DNA of 64,000 bases from positions 47,657 to 111,656 of the forward strand of contig CAWGIY010000007.1 in assembly GCA_963822845.1 (NCBI GenBank). The letters run 5' to 3'. Under the pieces are notes generated by a model. The model saw only the letters and a program-made list of their open reading frames with translations. It was not told the DNA's origin and searched no databases. Positions 9,487 through 17,976 of this stretch are shown piece after piece. Both the position numbers and the translations under genes were made by a program. Positions within the stretch are counted from its first letter, which is position 1; each line of letters starts with the position of its first letter. Source of the DNA: an uncultured Chloroflexia bacterium (GTDB lineage: Bacteria > Chloroflexota > Limnocylindria > QHBO01).

Positions 9487-9602
9487 GACAGGGATCGGCT
9501 GAAAAGCGCCAGTAAGCGCCGGCACCGCGGGGCCGCCGCCATTCCGTATTCTGGGATAGCGGCGGCTTCCGTATGCTGACAGCCGTTCGTAGGGGAGCAG
9601 CG

Positions 9603-10175
9603 ATGCGGTCGCTTTGGCAGGCCGTCCCGTCCACATTCCGACAGATCTTCGGCGTGCTCGCCGACATCGCTGGAGCCGTTGTCTTCCTCTTCTCTGACTT
9701 GCCCGCTCTGGCGGGTCTCCCGACGTTGGCCATCGCTGGCCTTCTGACTCTGATTGGCACGCTTGCGCTTGTCTCTGTCATCGCCGATCTCAACGACGAG
9801 AATGCCCAACTACGGCGCGGCCTGGACACTCGGGCTGACCTTGTGGCCGCCCGCCTGGCGTTTCATGAGCTCATCGAAGACGGAAACGACCTTGCGCGAC
9901 GGTTGAAGGCATATCGCGGGAGCGATAGCAACGCTGCCGCAGCCGCAGCCAAAGAGTTCAAGCGCCTCGTGGCCGAATGGAATGCCCGGTGTGTTGATAC
10001 CGTTCTGCGGTACGTTCCACACCTTGCGGGTCAGCTTGGGCGACCAATATCGTCGGCGCCCAGGCCCGCCAGCGGTTACGTCCCCGGCTGGCCGCAATGG
10101 GCGGCCACGCTGCGACACGAGGTTGCTGAGAAGATCGACCGGATGACCGTCCTTCAGGCGCGCCTTGGGGAATAG
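9603..10175 (+). CDS. Hypothetical membrane protein (2 TM plus helical domain)
   Basis: GGGGAG RBS, two hydrophobic segments then a charged helical region. Confidence 0.6.
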   Translation: MRSLWQAVPSTFRQIFGVLADIAGAVVFLFSDLPALAGLPTLAIAGLLTLIGTLALVSVIADLNDENAQLRRGLDTRADLVAARLAFHELIEDGNDLARRLKAYRGSDSNAAAAAAKEFKRLVAEWNARCVDTVLRYVPHLAGQLGRPISSAPRPASGYVPGWPQWAATLRHEVAEKIDRMTVLQARLGE

Positions 10176-10195
10176 CGTCACACCGCTCGCGTGCT

Positions 10196-10291
10196 TCAGC
10201 GATCGCGCCGGTCGACCCGTCCCAATACGAAAAGCACGATGACGACAAGGCCGAGGAGAAGGATGGCGACGAGGGAGAGCTCCGGTGGCAC
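10196..10291 (-). CDS. Possible single-TM small protein (31 aa)
   Basis: VPPELSLVAILLLGLVVIVLFVLGRVDRRDR, hydrophobic helix with basic tail. Confidence 0.35.
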   Translation of the reverse strand: MPPELSLVAILLLGLVVIVLFVLGRVDRRDR

Positions 10292-10429
10292 TCGGGAACC
10301 CCTTGCCCGCTCGACAAGCGGCGTACGGTAGACGAGCGAGCCGACGTTTCTCTTCTCCCCCCGGAGAGACGTCGGCTTCGTTCGTTCCCCCAAGCGATCG
10401 CGATGCATGCTGCGTGCCGGACTCGTCGC

Positions 10430-10809
10430 AGGCGCTGTGTGATCAACCGCCCGAAGAGCTCGCCGCGGAGTTGCGCGACGACCCGCTCTCCTACGACGCC
10501 CAGGAGGTAGGTCTGGACGAACCCGCCGAGCGCCTGAACGCAGAACAGGGCGATGAGGAAGACGATCAGCCGGTCCAGGCCGCCGGCCTCGCCGCCAGCG
10601 ACCACCTCGGTCGTGATCCCGGCGATGATCAACGGAAACGCGAGGCCGGCGGCCGACGAGACGACGAGGCCCACCAGCGCGATCGCGAACGGCCGCCACT
10701 GGGGTCGGAGGTAGCCGAACAGTCGCCCCCACGGCACGCCGCCGAAGCCGCGGACCTCACGAACGACGGCACCGGCGTCCGATGGGATGCGTGCGAATTG
10801 CTGGGTCAT
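10430..10809 (-). pseudogene. Truncated ABC exporter (N-terminal TM domain only)
   Basis: RLFGYLRPQWRPF ... GERVVAQLRGELFGRL typical of ABC_membrane, similarity breaks off near 10430, no NBD. Confidence 0.75.
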
Positions 10810-10882
10810 GGCCGTGACGATGTCGCGAGGCGTCGCGACCGTCCCGGCCGCTCATACGCCATCGTCGACGAGCCTCCCTTCG

Positions 10883-11389
10883 TCAGCCGAACGAGCAGTC
10901 CAGGGTCACCTTGTCGAGGGCGCGTCGGAGAACTGCGAGCTCCTGATTGTCGAGGCGTTCGATGAAGAGCTCCGAGACTCGGCTCAAGTGGACGGGCACG
11001 GTCTCCCTGAGCCGTATGAGGCCGGAATCGGTGAGAGCGACGACGATGCCACGGGCATCGGCATCGGCGCTGGAACGTCGGACGAGGCCCTCGTCGACCA
11101 GCCGGTCGACACGGCGCGTCATGCCCGATCGTGAGCTGAATGCGCGGGCGGCTAGGTCGGTCATGCGCAGCTCCCCGCCGGCGAGTGCCAGCTGAGCCAG
11201 CACGTCGAAGTCGCCCAGCGTCAGACCGGTCTTGGTCACGAGATCTGTCGCGAGCTCGCGCATCAGCGAGGCGTGGGCGCGGAGGAGGGAACCCCAAGCT
11301 GCCAGGCCGCGGCGATCCGGCACGGCCTCGCCGATGAGGCGGTCCAACAGCGCGGCAGCATCGGTTTCGGAAGGTACTTGCATCTGCAA
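10883..11389 (-). CDS. MarR family transcriptional regulator
   Basis: GLTLGDFDVLAQL, LRMTDLA, SRSGMTRRVDRLVDEGLVRR, DARGIVVALTDSG. Confidence 0.9.
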   Translation of the reverse strand: MQMQVPSETDAAALLDRLIGEAVPDRRGLAAWGSLLRAHASLMRELATDLVTKTGLTLGDFDVLAQLALAGGELRMTDLAARAFSSRSGMTRRVDRLVDEGLVRRSSADADARGIVVALTDSGLIRLRETVPVHLSRVSELFIERLDNQELAVLRRALDKVTLDCSFG

Positions 11390-11423
11390 CCAGATAGGCG
11401 TATGGTGTTTGCAGGCGCAAGTA
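11375..11423. promoter_or_regulatory. Putative MarR operators between divergent genes
   Basis: TACTTGCATCTGCAA and its inverted near-copy TTGCAGGCGCAAGTA. Confidence 0.6.
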
Positions 11424-11450
11424 TATCAAACCAGCCACGAGCGAGAACCC

Positions 11451-12101
11451 ATGATGACCCAGCCCATCACCGACATTGATAAGTCCCTCAGCCGCGAGTT
11501 CGCCTCGACCGCCGACGACGCCCGCGTCGCGCGGACCGTGGCAGCGCTCGAAGCGAATGGCATCGCCGCCCTTCGCGCCGCGGACGCCGCGGACGCGAAG
11601 GACCTCGTGATGGACCTCATTCCCGATGGCGCCCAGGTGCATCACGGTGCCTCGCAGACGCTCGATGTCTCCGGGATCACCGACGAGATCGAGAACTCGG
11701 GCCGCTACGACCCGGTCCGTCCGCAGATCTGGAGCATGGACCGCCAGACGCAGGCCGACGAGATTCGTCGCCTGTCAGCCGCACCGGACGTGATGCTCGG
11801 CAGCGTTCACGCGGTCACCGAGACTGGCGCGCTGGTGACCGCATCCAACAGCGGCAGCCAGCTCGGGCCGTACGTTTCCGGTGCCGGCCGCGTCATCCTC
11901 GTCATCGGGACCCAGAAGATCGTGTCCGATCTCGAAGAAGCGCTCCGTCGCATCGATGAGTACGCCTTCCCGCTCGAGGACGCGCGCGCCCAGGCTGCCT
12001 ACGGCATCCATAGCGGCGTCAACAAGGTTCTCATCATCAACCGGGAGATCACGCCCGGACGTATCACTGTCGTCTTCGTCGACGACGTCCTCGGGTTCTA
12101 G
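11451..12101 (+). CDS. LUD-domain (lactate utilisation-like) protein
   Basis: ALEANGI, GASQTL, GSVHAVTETG, SNSGSQL, VIGTQKIV, KVLIINRE..GRITVV. Confidence 0.85.
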   Translation: MMTQPITDIDKSLSREFASTADDARVARTVAALEANGIAALRAADAADAKDLVMDLIPDGAQVHHGASQTLDVSGITDEIENSGRYDPVRPQIWSMDRQTQADEIRRLSAAPDVMLGSVHAVTETGALVTASNSGSQLGPYVSGAGRVILVIGTQKIVSDLEEALRRIDEYAFPLEDARAQAAYGIHSGVNKVLIINREITPGRITVVFVDDVLGF

Positions 12102-12123
12102 CGCCCGAGTGGAGGAACACCCG

Positions 12124-12942
12124 ATGGCCACCCAAGTCGTATCAGCACAACGCGACGTCATCCTCGTCGAGGACGCCCACGTCCGGCCGATGATGGGGAT
12201 CGAGGTCCTTGAGCCCGTGCCCGCCCGGAACGTCCCGTACGAGCTCTCCGACCCATACATCCTCGTGCACGAGGGGACGGTGCCGGTCAATCCGGAACGG
12301 GCGAAGCTCGACACCACTCACCCACACCGCGGGTTCGACAATCTCTGGTACATCATCTCGGGCGTCGCGAGCACCGGTCACAGCACAGGGCCCGGCGGAG
12401 CGTTCGAGCGAGCCCACCTGGAGACCGGCGGGCTTCTAAAGATCCGGACCGGGCGTGGCGTATACCACGCCGAAAGCATCGGCGAGGAGGAGTTGCGCGA
12501 GGGCAAGAGCGGCGAATTCCGCAGCGTGTTGTTCTGGGTGAACCTCGCGCGCAAGGACAAGGACGTCGAGCCGACGGCCCAGATCGTGAGGCCGGGTGAG
12601 CTGCCGACCGCGACTGCCGGCGACGCGATCGTGAGGACGCTGGTCGGCTCGGGCTCACCGGTCGAGCTCGGCACGCCGGGGCTGATCCTCGACGTCGAGC
12701 TGCCGAAGGGCGGCTCATTCGGTGTGTCGGTCGCCCCCGAGTTCAATGCGTTCGTCTGGATGCTGGAGGGGGAGGCGAACGTCGGCGCAAGTGGCCAGCG
12801 CGCCCGTCGATCCCAGATCGCCGTCCTTGGCCCAGGCTCTGGCTTGACCGTCAGCGACGCCCAGCGGGGGACGCGCTTCATGCTCATGTCCGGCAAGCCG
12901 TACGGCGAGACGCCGGTCTACAACGGACCGTACGTGGACTGA
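12124..12942 (+). CDS. Pirin family protein
   Basis: DPYILVH, HPHRGF, GRGVYHAE, FWVNL, GKPYGETPVYNGPYV. Confidence 0.88.
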   Translation: MATQVVSAQRDVILVEDAHVRPMMGIEVLEPVPARNVPYELSDPYILVHEGTVPVNPERAKLDTTHPHRGFDNLWYIISGVASTGHSTGPGGAFERAHLETGGLLKIRTGRGVYHAESIGEEELREGKSGEFRSVLFWVNLARKDKDVEPTAQIVRPGELPTATAGDAIVRTLVGSGSPVELGTPGLILDVELPKGGSFGVSVAPEFNAFVWMLEGEANVGASGQRARRSQIAVLGPGSGLTVSDAQRGTRFMLMSGKPYGETPVYNGPYVD

Positions 12943-12955
12943 GACGGTCGAACGC

Positions 12956-13852
12956 ATGGCCGATTACGGACACCCGATCACCTTCGGGCTGAGCCTCATT
13001 CCGTCGGTCGAGCTCCTGGACGAGACGCGGCAGCTCGCGCAGGCGGCTGACGCGGCAGGCCTCGACTACCTCGCCGTCCAGGACCACGCCTACAACGTCG
13101 AGTTTCTCGATGTCTGGACCCTCATCAGCTACCTCGCCGCCGAGACCGAGCGCATCATCTTCGTCCCCGATGTCGCGGACCTGCAGCTGCGGCCTCCGGC
13201 CATGCTCGCCAAGGCGGCCGCGTCGCTGAGCGTGCTGACGGGCGGCCGGATCGTCCTCGGCGTTGGAGGGGGCGCGTCGGCCGGCGGCATCGCCGCCATG
13301 GGCGGAACTTGGCGCAGCCGGCCCGAGATGATCGCGTTCACCGATGAAGCGATGCAGATCATGCGTCGGGCACTGGCCGGTGGCCCGGTGAACTTCCGTG
13401 GCGAGCAGCACGCCGTCGACTACGAAGCCGGCCCGGTGCCGCCGCAGCCGATTCCGCTGTGGCTCGGCAGCCAGGGCCCGAAGATGCTAGCCCTCACCGG
13501 ACGGCAGAGTGACGGCTGGGTCTCACCCCTCAGCACGTACACGCCGCCGTTTGCGGTGCCGGCCATGCACCGACGCATCGACGAAGCCGCCGGCGACAGC
13601 GGGCGCCAGCCGGCGGACGTTCGGCGCATCTACAACGTGGTCGGCTCGATCGGCCCGAGTCGTGGCCGGTCGGGGCTGACCGGCGACGTGGACACCTGGG
13701 TCGCCACGCTGACGGATTGGGCTGTCGACCTCGGCCTTGATACGTTCATCTTCTGGCCAACGACTGCCGCCGCGGCCCAGCTCGAGGTCTTCGCCGGCGA
13801 GGTCGTCCCGGCGGTGCGGCAGGCGGTGAGCGCACGGCGCAGCCAGACATGA
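12956..13852 (+). CDS. LLM class flavin-dependent oxidoreductase
   Basis: GLDYLAVQDHAY, LRPPAMLAKAAASL, GGRIVLGVGGG, GPKMLALTGRQSDGW. Confidence 0.88.
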   Translation: MADYGHPITFGLSLIPSVELLDETRQLAQAADAAGLDYLAVQDHAYNVEFLDVWTLISYLAAETERIIFVPDVADLQLRPPAMLAKAAASLSVLTGGRIVLGVGGGASAGGIAAMGGTWRSRPEMIAFTDEAMQIMRRALAGGPVNFRGEQHAVDYEAGPVPPQPIPLWLGSQGPKMLALTGRQSDGWVSPLSTYTPPFAVPAMHRRIDEAAGDSGRQPADVRRIYNVVGSIGPSRGRSGLTGDVDTWVATLTDWAVDLGLDTFIFWPTTAAAAQLEVFAGEVVPAVRQAVSARRSQT

Positions 13853-14358
13853 CGCTGGACCTGGTCATGGCAATCGACGCCGATGACCACACTCGAGGGG
13901 TGATCGGAGGGCGGAAGGTGGTCGTGTACGGCGACTTCGAGTGCCCGTACACCGCCACGACGATGCGCGACATCGGTCGCCTGCTCGACGGTGGTGCCGT
14001 CATCGAGGTCGTGTTCCGGCATTTCCCGCTCCGCAGCATCCACCCGCATGCGCAGGCATCCGCCGAGGCCGCCGAGGCCGCGGGGCGTCAGGGCCGGTTC
14101 TGGGAGATGCACGATCTGCTCTTCCGCAACCAAGCGCGGCTCGAACCGGACGACCTGCAACGCTACGCGGAGCGAATTGGCCTGGACCATGCGCGCTTCG
14201 AATCGGACCTCCTCGACTCGGCGATCGCCACTCGCGTCGAGCGGGACGTCGAGAGCGGTACCGGCAGCGGGGTCGATGGGACGCCCAGCCTGTTCATCGA
14301 CGGCAATCGGTATCACGGTCCCCGCGATCCGGCCAGCCTGGGAGGAGCGCTGAGATGA
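13849..14358 (+). CDS. DsbA/thioredoxin-fold protein (CxxT variant)
   Basis: YGDFECPYT, FRHFPL..HPHA, QGRFWEMHD, GVDGTPSLFIDG. Confidence 0.88.
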   Translation: MTLDLVMAIDADDHTRGVIGGRKVVVYGDFECPYTATTMRDIGRLLDGGAVIEVVFRHFPLRSIHPHAQASAEAAEAAGRQGRFWEMHDLLFRNQARLEPDDLQRYAERIGLDHARFESDLLDSAIATRVERDVESGTGSGVDGTPSLFIDGNRYHGPRDPASLGGALR

Positions 14359-14428
14359 CCTGATCGAGGCGGCACCCCGAGACGGGCAGTGGAGGTTGCC
14401 GCAATTCGGGGACACCTGGCGGGACGCA

Positions 14429-14451
14429 GGAGCCCTTATTGGAGCCCTTAT
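14429..14451. repeat. Arm-type direct repeat (right end, island 2)
   Basis: GGAGCCCTTAT-t-GGAGCCCTTAT, 12-bp period, followed by GTCTCATG repeats and their inverses. Confidence 0.65.
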
Positions 14452-14530
14452 CGATCCTGTCTCATGCGTCTCATGTTTCGCTTAGTGCTACTCCGTGACC
14501 GCGGCTGAGACACATGAGACGAATTGCCAG

Positions 14531-14550
14531 GAATCCGGTATGCGGTACCA
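14531..14550 (+). repeat. att core, copy of the tRNA-Glu 3' end
   Basis: GAATCCGGTATGCGGTACCA identical to 5161-5180. Confidence 0.93.
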
Positions 14551-15561
14551 CTCCCACCCTCGTCAGCCCGATCTGAGCTCAGGTCGGGCCTCCTGATGCT
14601 CTCTCGTCCGCCACCACGAGGCCCACGCCAATACGCCGTCTGTCCGGGGAGAAGGTGGCTCGAGCTGATTGCGACAGCGGCGGCTAGCTCCGTGTCGGCG
14701 TCATCTGGCGGCGCCTCGCGCTGGAGGCAGCAGCGGCAGGTTCGCGATCGAAAGATCGCGGTGTGGGATGTGCGTACGTGATCGAGACGACCTGTGGCGA
14801 GGTTCAACCAGTACATCGCGGACACCACGAGGCATACAAAGCCGCCGGGACGAGAGCTCTGGAACTGTTCGTGAGGCTTACGGCGAACCGACGCGGACAT
14901 CGCGGCTGCAAACAGACCCGTACTGGCCTCGTATCGCGCTCGCCACACGCTGTCAAGGACGCCGTAGTCTCAATGGCTACAAGATCCACGAACCGACTTG
15001 CCCGCATCACTCAGTCGGTCCTGGTGACCACCGAGGGTCGATCACGAGAGATGGCAGGCCTCAGACCGACTTCTTCGACCGCGCCGCGAAAGCGATAACC
15101 GCTGCACCCAGAGAACGACACACGCTCGACGAGCAGACACGTCGTCGCCGAACTATGGCGTGTACTGAAACGTTCTCAAAGTAACCGTGACTTAAGGTCG
15201 CGACCGTGGGTCGCTTCGGAACGCAGGCATCGGCACGTCAGCATCGGTGGTGAGCGCGATCTGAGTTCAGTCTCGCCGCGTGTTGGCGCGAACGCGATCT
15301 GCAAGCCTCGATCTTCATGACAGGGCTCGATGACGCGGACCTTGCCGCGGCTCGTCAACTGGCAGCCAGCGCACGGACTCACCGGGACAAGACACGGAGT
15401 GGCCGTTTGAGCTGCGGCTGTTGCTGCACTAATTAACATTATTGTTATCAGTATTCGTCAGCATGGCGGCGGGTCATAGTTGTTGTTCGGCTCAGGCGCG
15501 TGATTGCAACACTTCCACCGCGCATCGGCGTTCCCTTGCGTGAACCCCCGAGGTGAGTTTC

Positions 15562-15936
15562 ATGCGATTGACCGGCTTGGCCGTTACCCTCCTCCTCGCG
15601 GGATGCGCCGTCCCGGCCCCTCCGTCATCTGCGCCGGCATCGGCCGCCGTGTCAGCGTCCCCCGCGTCAACTCCCGGGATATCTAAGGACGACGCCGTGG
15701 ACGTCGCGCGCGCTGCGCTGCGGGAGGCGGGTGAGGACTGGGACGTCGTCAGCGCCGGATCCGGACCCCTCGAGCAGGTCATGCCGGATTGGCGAGTTCA
15801 CGAGTGGGGGCGCGAGCTCGGCGCAGACTTGCTGGTGTGGCGAGTGGTCATGGTTTCCGACGAGCTTTCTGGGGAGGCCCTGATCGAAGTCATCGATCGG
15901 TCAACGTACGGCTCTGTTATCGGCATCGCGAACTGA
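15562..15936 (+). CDS. Hypothetical lipoprotein (PepSY-like)
   Basis: Lipobox LAGC, Pro/Ser/Ala linker, ISKDDAVDVA..VWRV..LIEVIDRS pattern. Confidence 0.65.
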   Translation: MRLTGLAVTLLLAGCAVPAPPSSAPASAAVSASPASTPGISKDDAVDVARAALREAGEDWDVVSAGSGPLEQVMPDWRVHEWGRELGADLLVWRVVMVSDELSGEALIEVIDRSTYGSVIGIAN

Positions 15937-16015
15937 GGCCGCCGCAGTTGTGCAGGTCCGGCTTAGACAATCCAGACGCGAGGCTGGAGCCAGCGCCGGG
16001 CCGCACGGATCGCTA

Positions 16016-16843
16016 TCACGGCGACCCGTCGTGCTCTCCATTCTTGGCGAGCTGCTGAAGTTGCCATTCATACACGCCGGGCAGCCACTCCTTGCCGAAC
16101 GTGGCCGATGGGCCGATGCGTGGGTCATCGGGAGCCTGGCCGTCGCGCAAGGCTTGCACGTACGCGCGGTCAAGTTCGATCCGCGCGCGTAGCTGCTCAA
16201 CTCCGCCGACGGATCCGTGGCCGGGGATGACGACATCGACGTCGTCCGCCACGTCCTCGAGCAGTCGCAGCCCAGCGAGGTAGTCCTCAATCGGATTCGC
16301 CGCGTCCAGGTCGGGGAACGGAATCAGGATGTCAGAAAGCATGTCGCCGGCGGCAAGAACGCCGCGATCCTCGATCAACAGCGCCGCATGGCCCTGGGCA
16401 TGCGCCGGGTGCTCAATGAGCCGGACATGGGGGCCGTCCCACGGAATCCGCGCAGTTTCGGCAGGCAGTCCGGTGATCAGGCCGAACAGGTCCAGCGGTA
16501 TCTCATCGGCGATTTCCGGTGGTAACCCCTCGGTGACGCGGGCCTTCCAGTCCGCGTTCGACAGCAGATCTCGCATAGAAGCTGCGCAGCGGGCGGTACC
16601 GTACCGGGGCGCTTCGCCGAGCTCGGCGTGCCAGAGCACGTGATCCCAATCAGGATGCGTCGAAAAGCCTGCCACGACGGGCAGGCCCAGCTCGCGAAGG
16701 TCGTTCGCGAGGCAGGCCATTTCGGAGCCTTGGATGCCGGGGTCGATGAGCAGCACGCCGGCCCGGCCCTGCACGACAACGGTGTTGTTCTGGAGTAGCT
16801 CGCTTTGGTGAACCAGCACACCATCCGCGACCTGCCTCAGCAT
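16016..16843 (-). CDS. MBL-fold metallo-hydrolase
   Basis: LLIDPG, THPDWDH, HAQGH, AGDMLSD, IPGHG. Confidence 0.9.
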   Translation of the reverse strand: MLRQVADGVLVHQSELLQNNTVVVQGRAGVLLIDPGIQGSEMACLANDLRELGLPVVAGFSTHPDWDHVLWHAELGEAPRYGTARCAASMRDLLSNADWKARVTEGLPPEIADEIPLDLFGLITGLPAETARIPWDGPHVRLIEHPAHAQGHAALLIEDRGVLAAGDMLSDILIPFPDLDAANPIEDYLAGLRLLEDVADDVDVVIPGHGSVGGVEQLRARIELDRAYVQALRDGQAPDDPRIGPSATFGKEWLPGVYEWQLQQLAKNGEHDGSP

Positions 16844-17211
16844 GGGCTCCTCCCGCTTGTGGTTTGCAATCGCTGATGGAGACGGTAGTGGCTAGCGGTA
16901 GTCGCCCGACGACGTAGGCCTAGCCGTCAAGCGGCACACTCATCGAAAGGTCACGCTGCGCGGCCGGGCGGCGACGGACCAGCAGTCCTCCGCAGGAACG
17001 GTTGGCGGCGACGCGTATGACCGGCGGACGCCGCAGGACTCCTCGTGGCTGGCGGGATGCCCCCGATCGCGCGGGCCTGATCCACGACGGATCGGGTCCT
17101 CTCGTTCGCGTCGACGGCGGGCGGGGAGATCTCTGCAGCTCCGAAACCTCGCGTCGGGGTGCCCGAGCGCGTATGCTCGATGGCAGGCCGCGATTGGTCA
17201 CGGAGGGCTGG

Positions 17212-17976
17212 GTGGCGACCATCGTCAGCGTCCACTCCTTTCGGGGTGGGACGGGGAAGTCGAATACCACGGCGAATCTGTCTGCGATCGTCGCCGCTCG
17301 CGGCCTCCGGGTCGGGGTGATCGACGCTGACATCCAGTCGCCGGGCATCCACGTTCTCTTCGGTCTGGCCGGCGAGACGGGTCATGCGTCGCTCAACGAC
17401 TTCCTCTGGCATGACCGGCCGATCCAGGACGTCGCCCTCGACGTCACCGATCGCGTCGGCGGGGTGGACGGGGGCAGGCTGTTCCTCATCCCCTCGAGCA
17501 TGGAGCCCGGCGAGATCACGCGGGTCCTGCGCGAGGGCTACGACGCGCAGCGCCTGACCACCGGGCTGCGCGAGCTCGTCGAGCAGCTGTCGCTCGACGT
17601 CCTGTTCATCGATACCCACCCCGGCCTCAATGAGGAGACCCTCCTCTCGTTGGTCATCTCCGACGTCCTCCTGATCGTCATGCGTCCAGATCGCCAGGAC
17701 TTCGAGGGCACCGGGATCACGGCGCGGGTGGCCACGGAGCTCGAGGTTCCCCAGATCTTCATCGTCGTCAACAAGACGCCGACCGACTTCGACTTCGCGT
17801 CGGTCGCCGACCTCGTCCGCGCCACCTACGACTGCGAAGTCGCCGCAGTGCTGCCACATTCGGACGACCTGATGCGGCTCGGAAGCGAGGGAGTCTTCGC
17901 GCTCGGCAATCCCGACCACGAGCTCACCGCTCTGTACCGAACGCTTGCGCGCCGGGTCATCCCCGGGCCGCAGTGA
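17212..17976 (+). CDS. MinD/ParA-family ATPase (orphan, no minC/minE nearby)
   Basis: GGAGG RBS, GTG start, HSFRGGTGKSNT Walker A, VIDADIQSPG, IDTHPGLNEETL. Confidence 0.9.
   Translation: MATIVSVHSFRGGTGKSNTTANLSAIVAARGLRVGVIDADIQSPGIHVLFGLAGETGHASLNDFLWHDRPIQDVALDVTDRVGGVDGGRLFLIPSSMEPGEITRVLREGYDAQRLTTGLRELVEQLSLDVLFIDTHPGLNEETLLSLVISDVLLIVMRPDRQDFEGTGITARVATELEVPQIFIVVNKTPTDFDFASVADLVRATYDCEVAAVLPHSDDLMRLGSEGVFALGNPDHELTALYRTLARRVIPGPQ

Larger units (their letters stand above)
8895..14550. mobile_element. tRNA-Glu-integrated island 2 (no integrase, probably composite)
   Basis: Bounded by att cores at 8878-8894 and 14531-14550. 12-bp-period repeats at 8963-8986 and 14429-14451. Confidence 0.8.

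Noticed and set aside
15431-15456. Chromosomal dif site
   Set aside because: Only the XerD-like arm resembles dif and the 6-bp spacer geometry is wrong.
17212-17976. Canonical cell-division minD or partition parA
   Set aside because: No minC/minE/parB, no clear C-terminal membrane-targeting helix, deviant Walker A, and embedded in a signalling operon.
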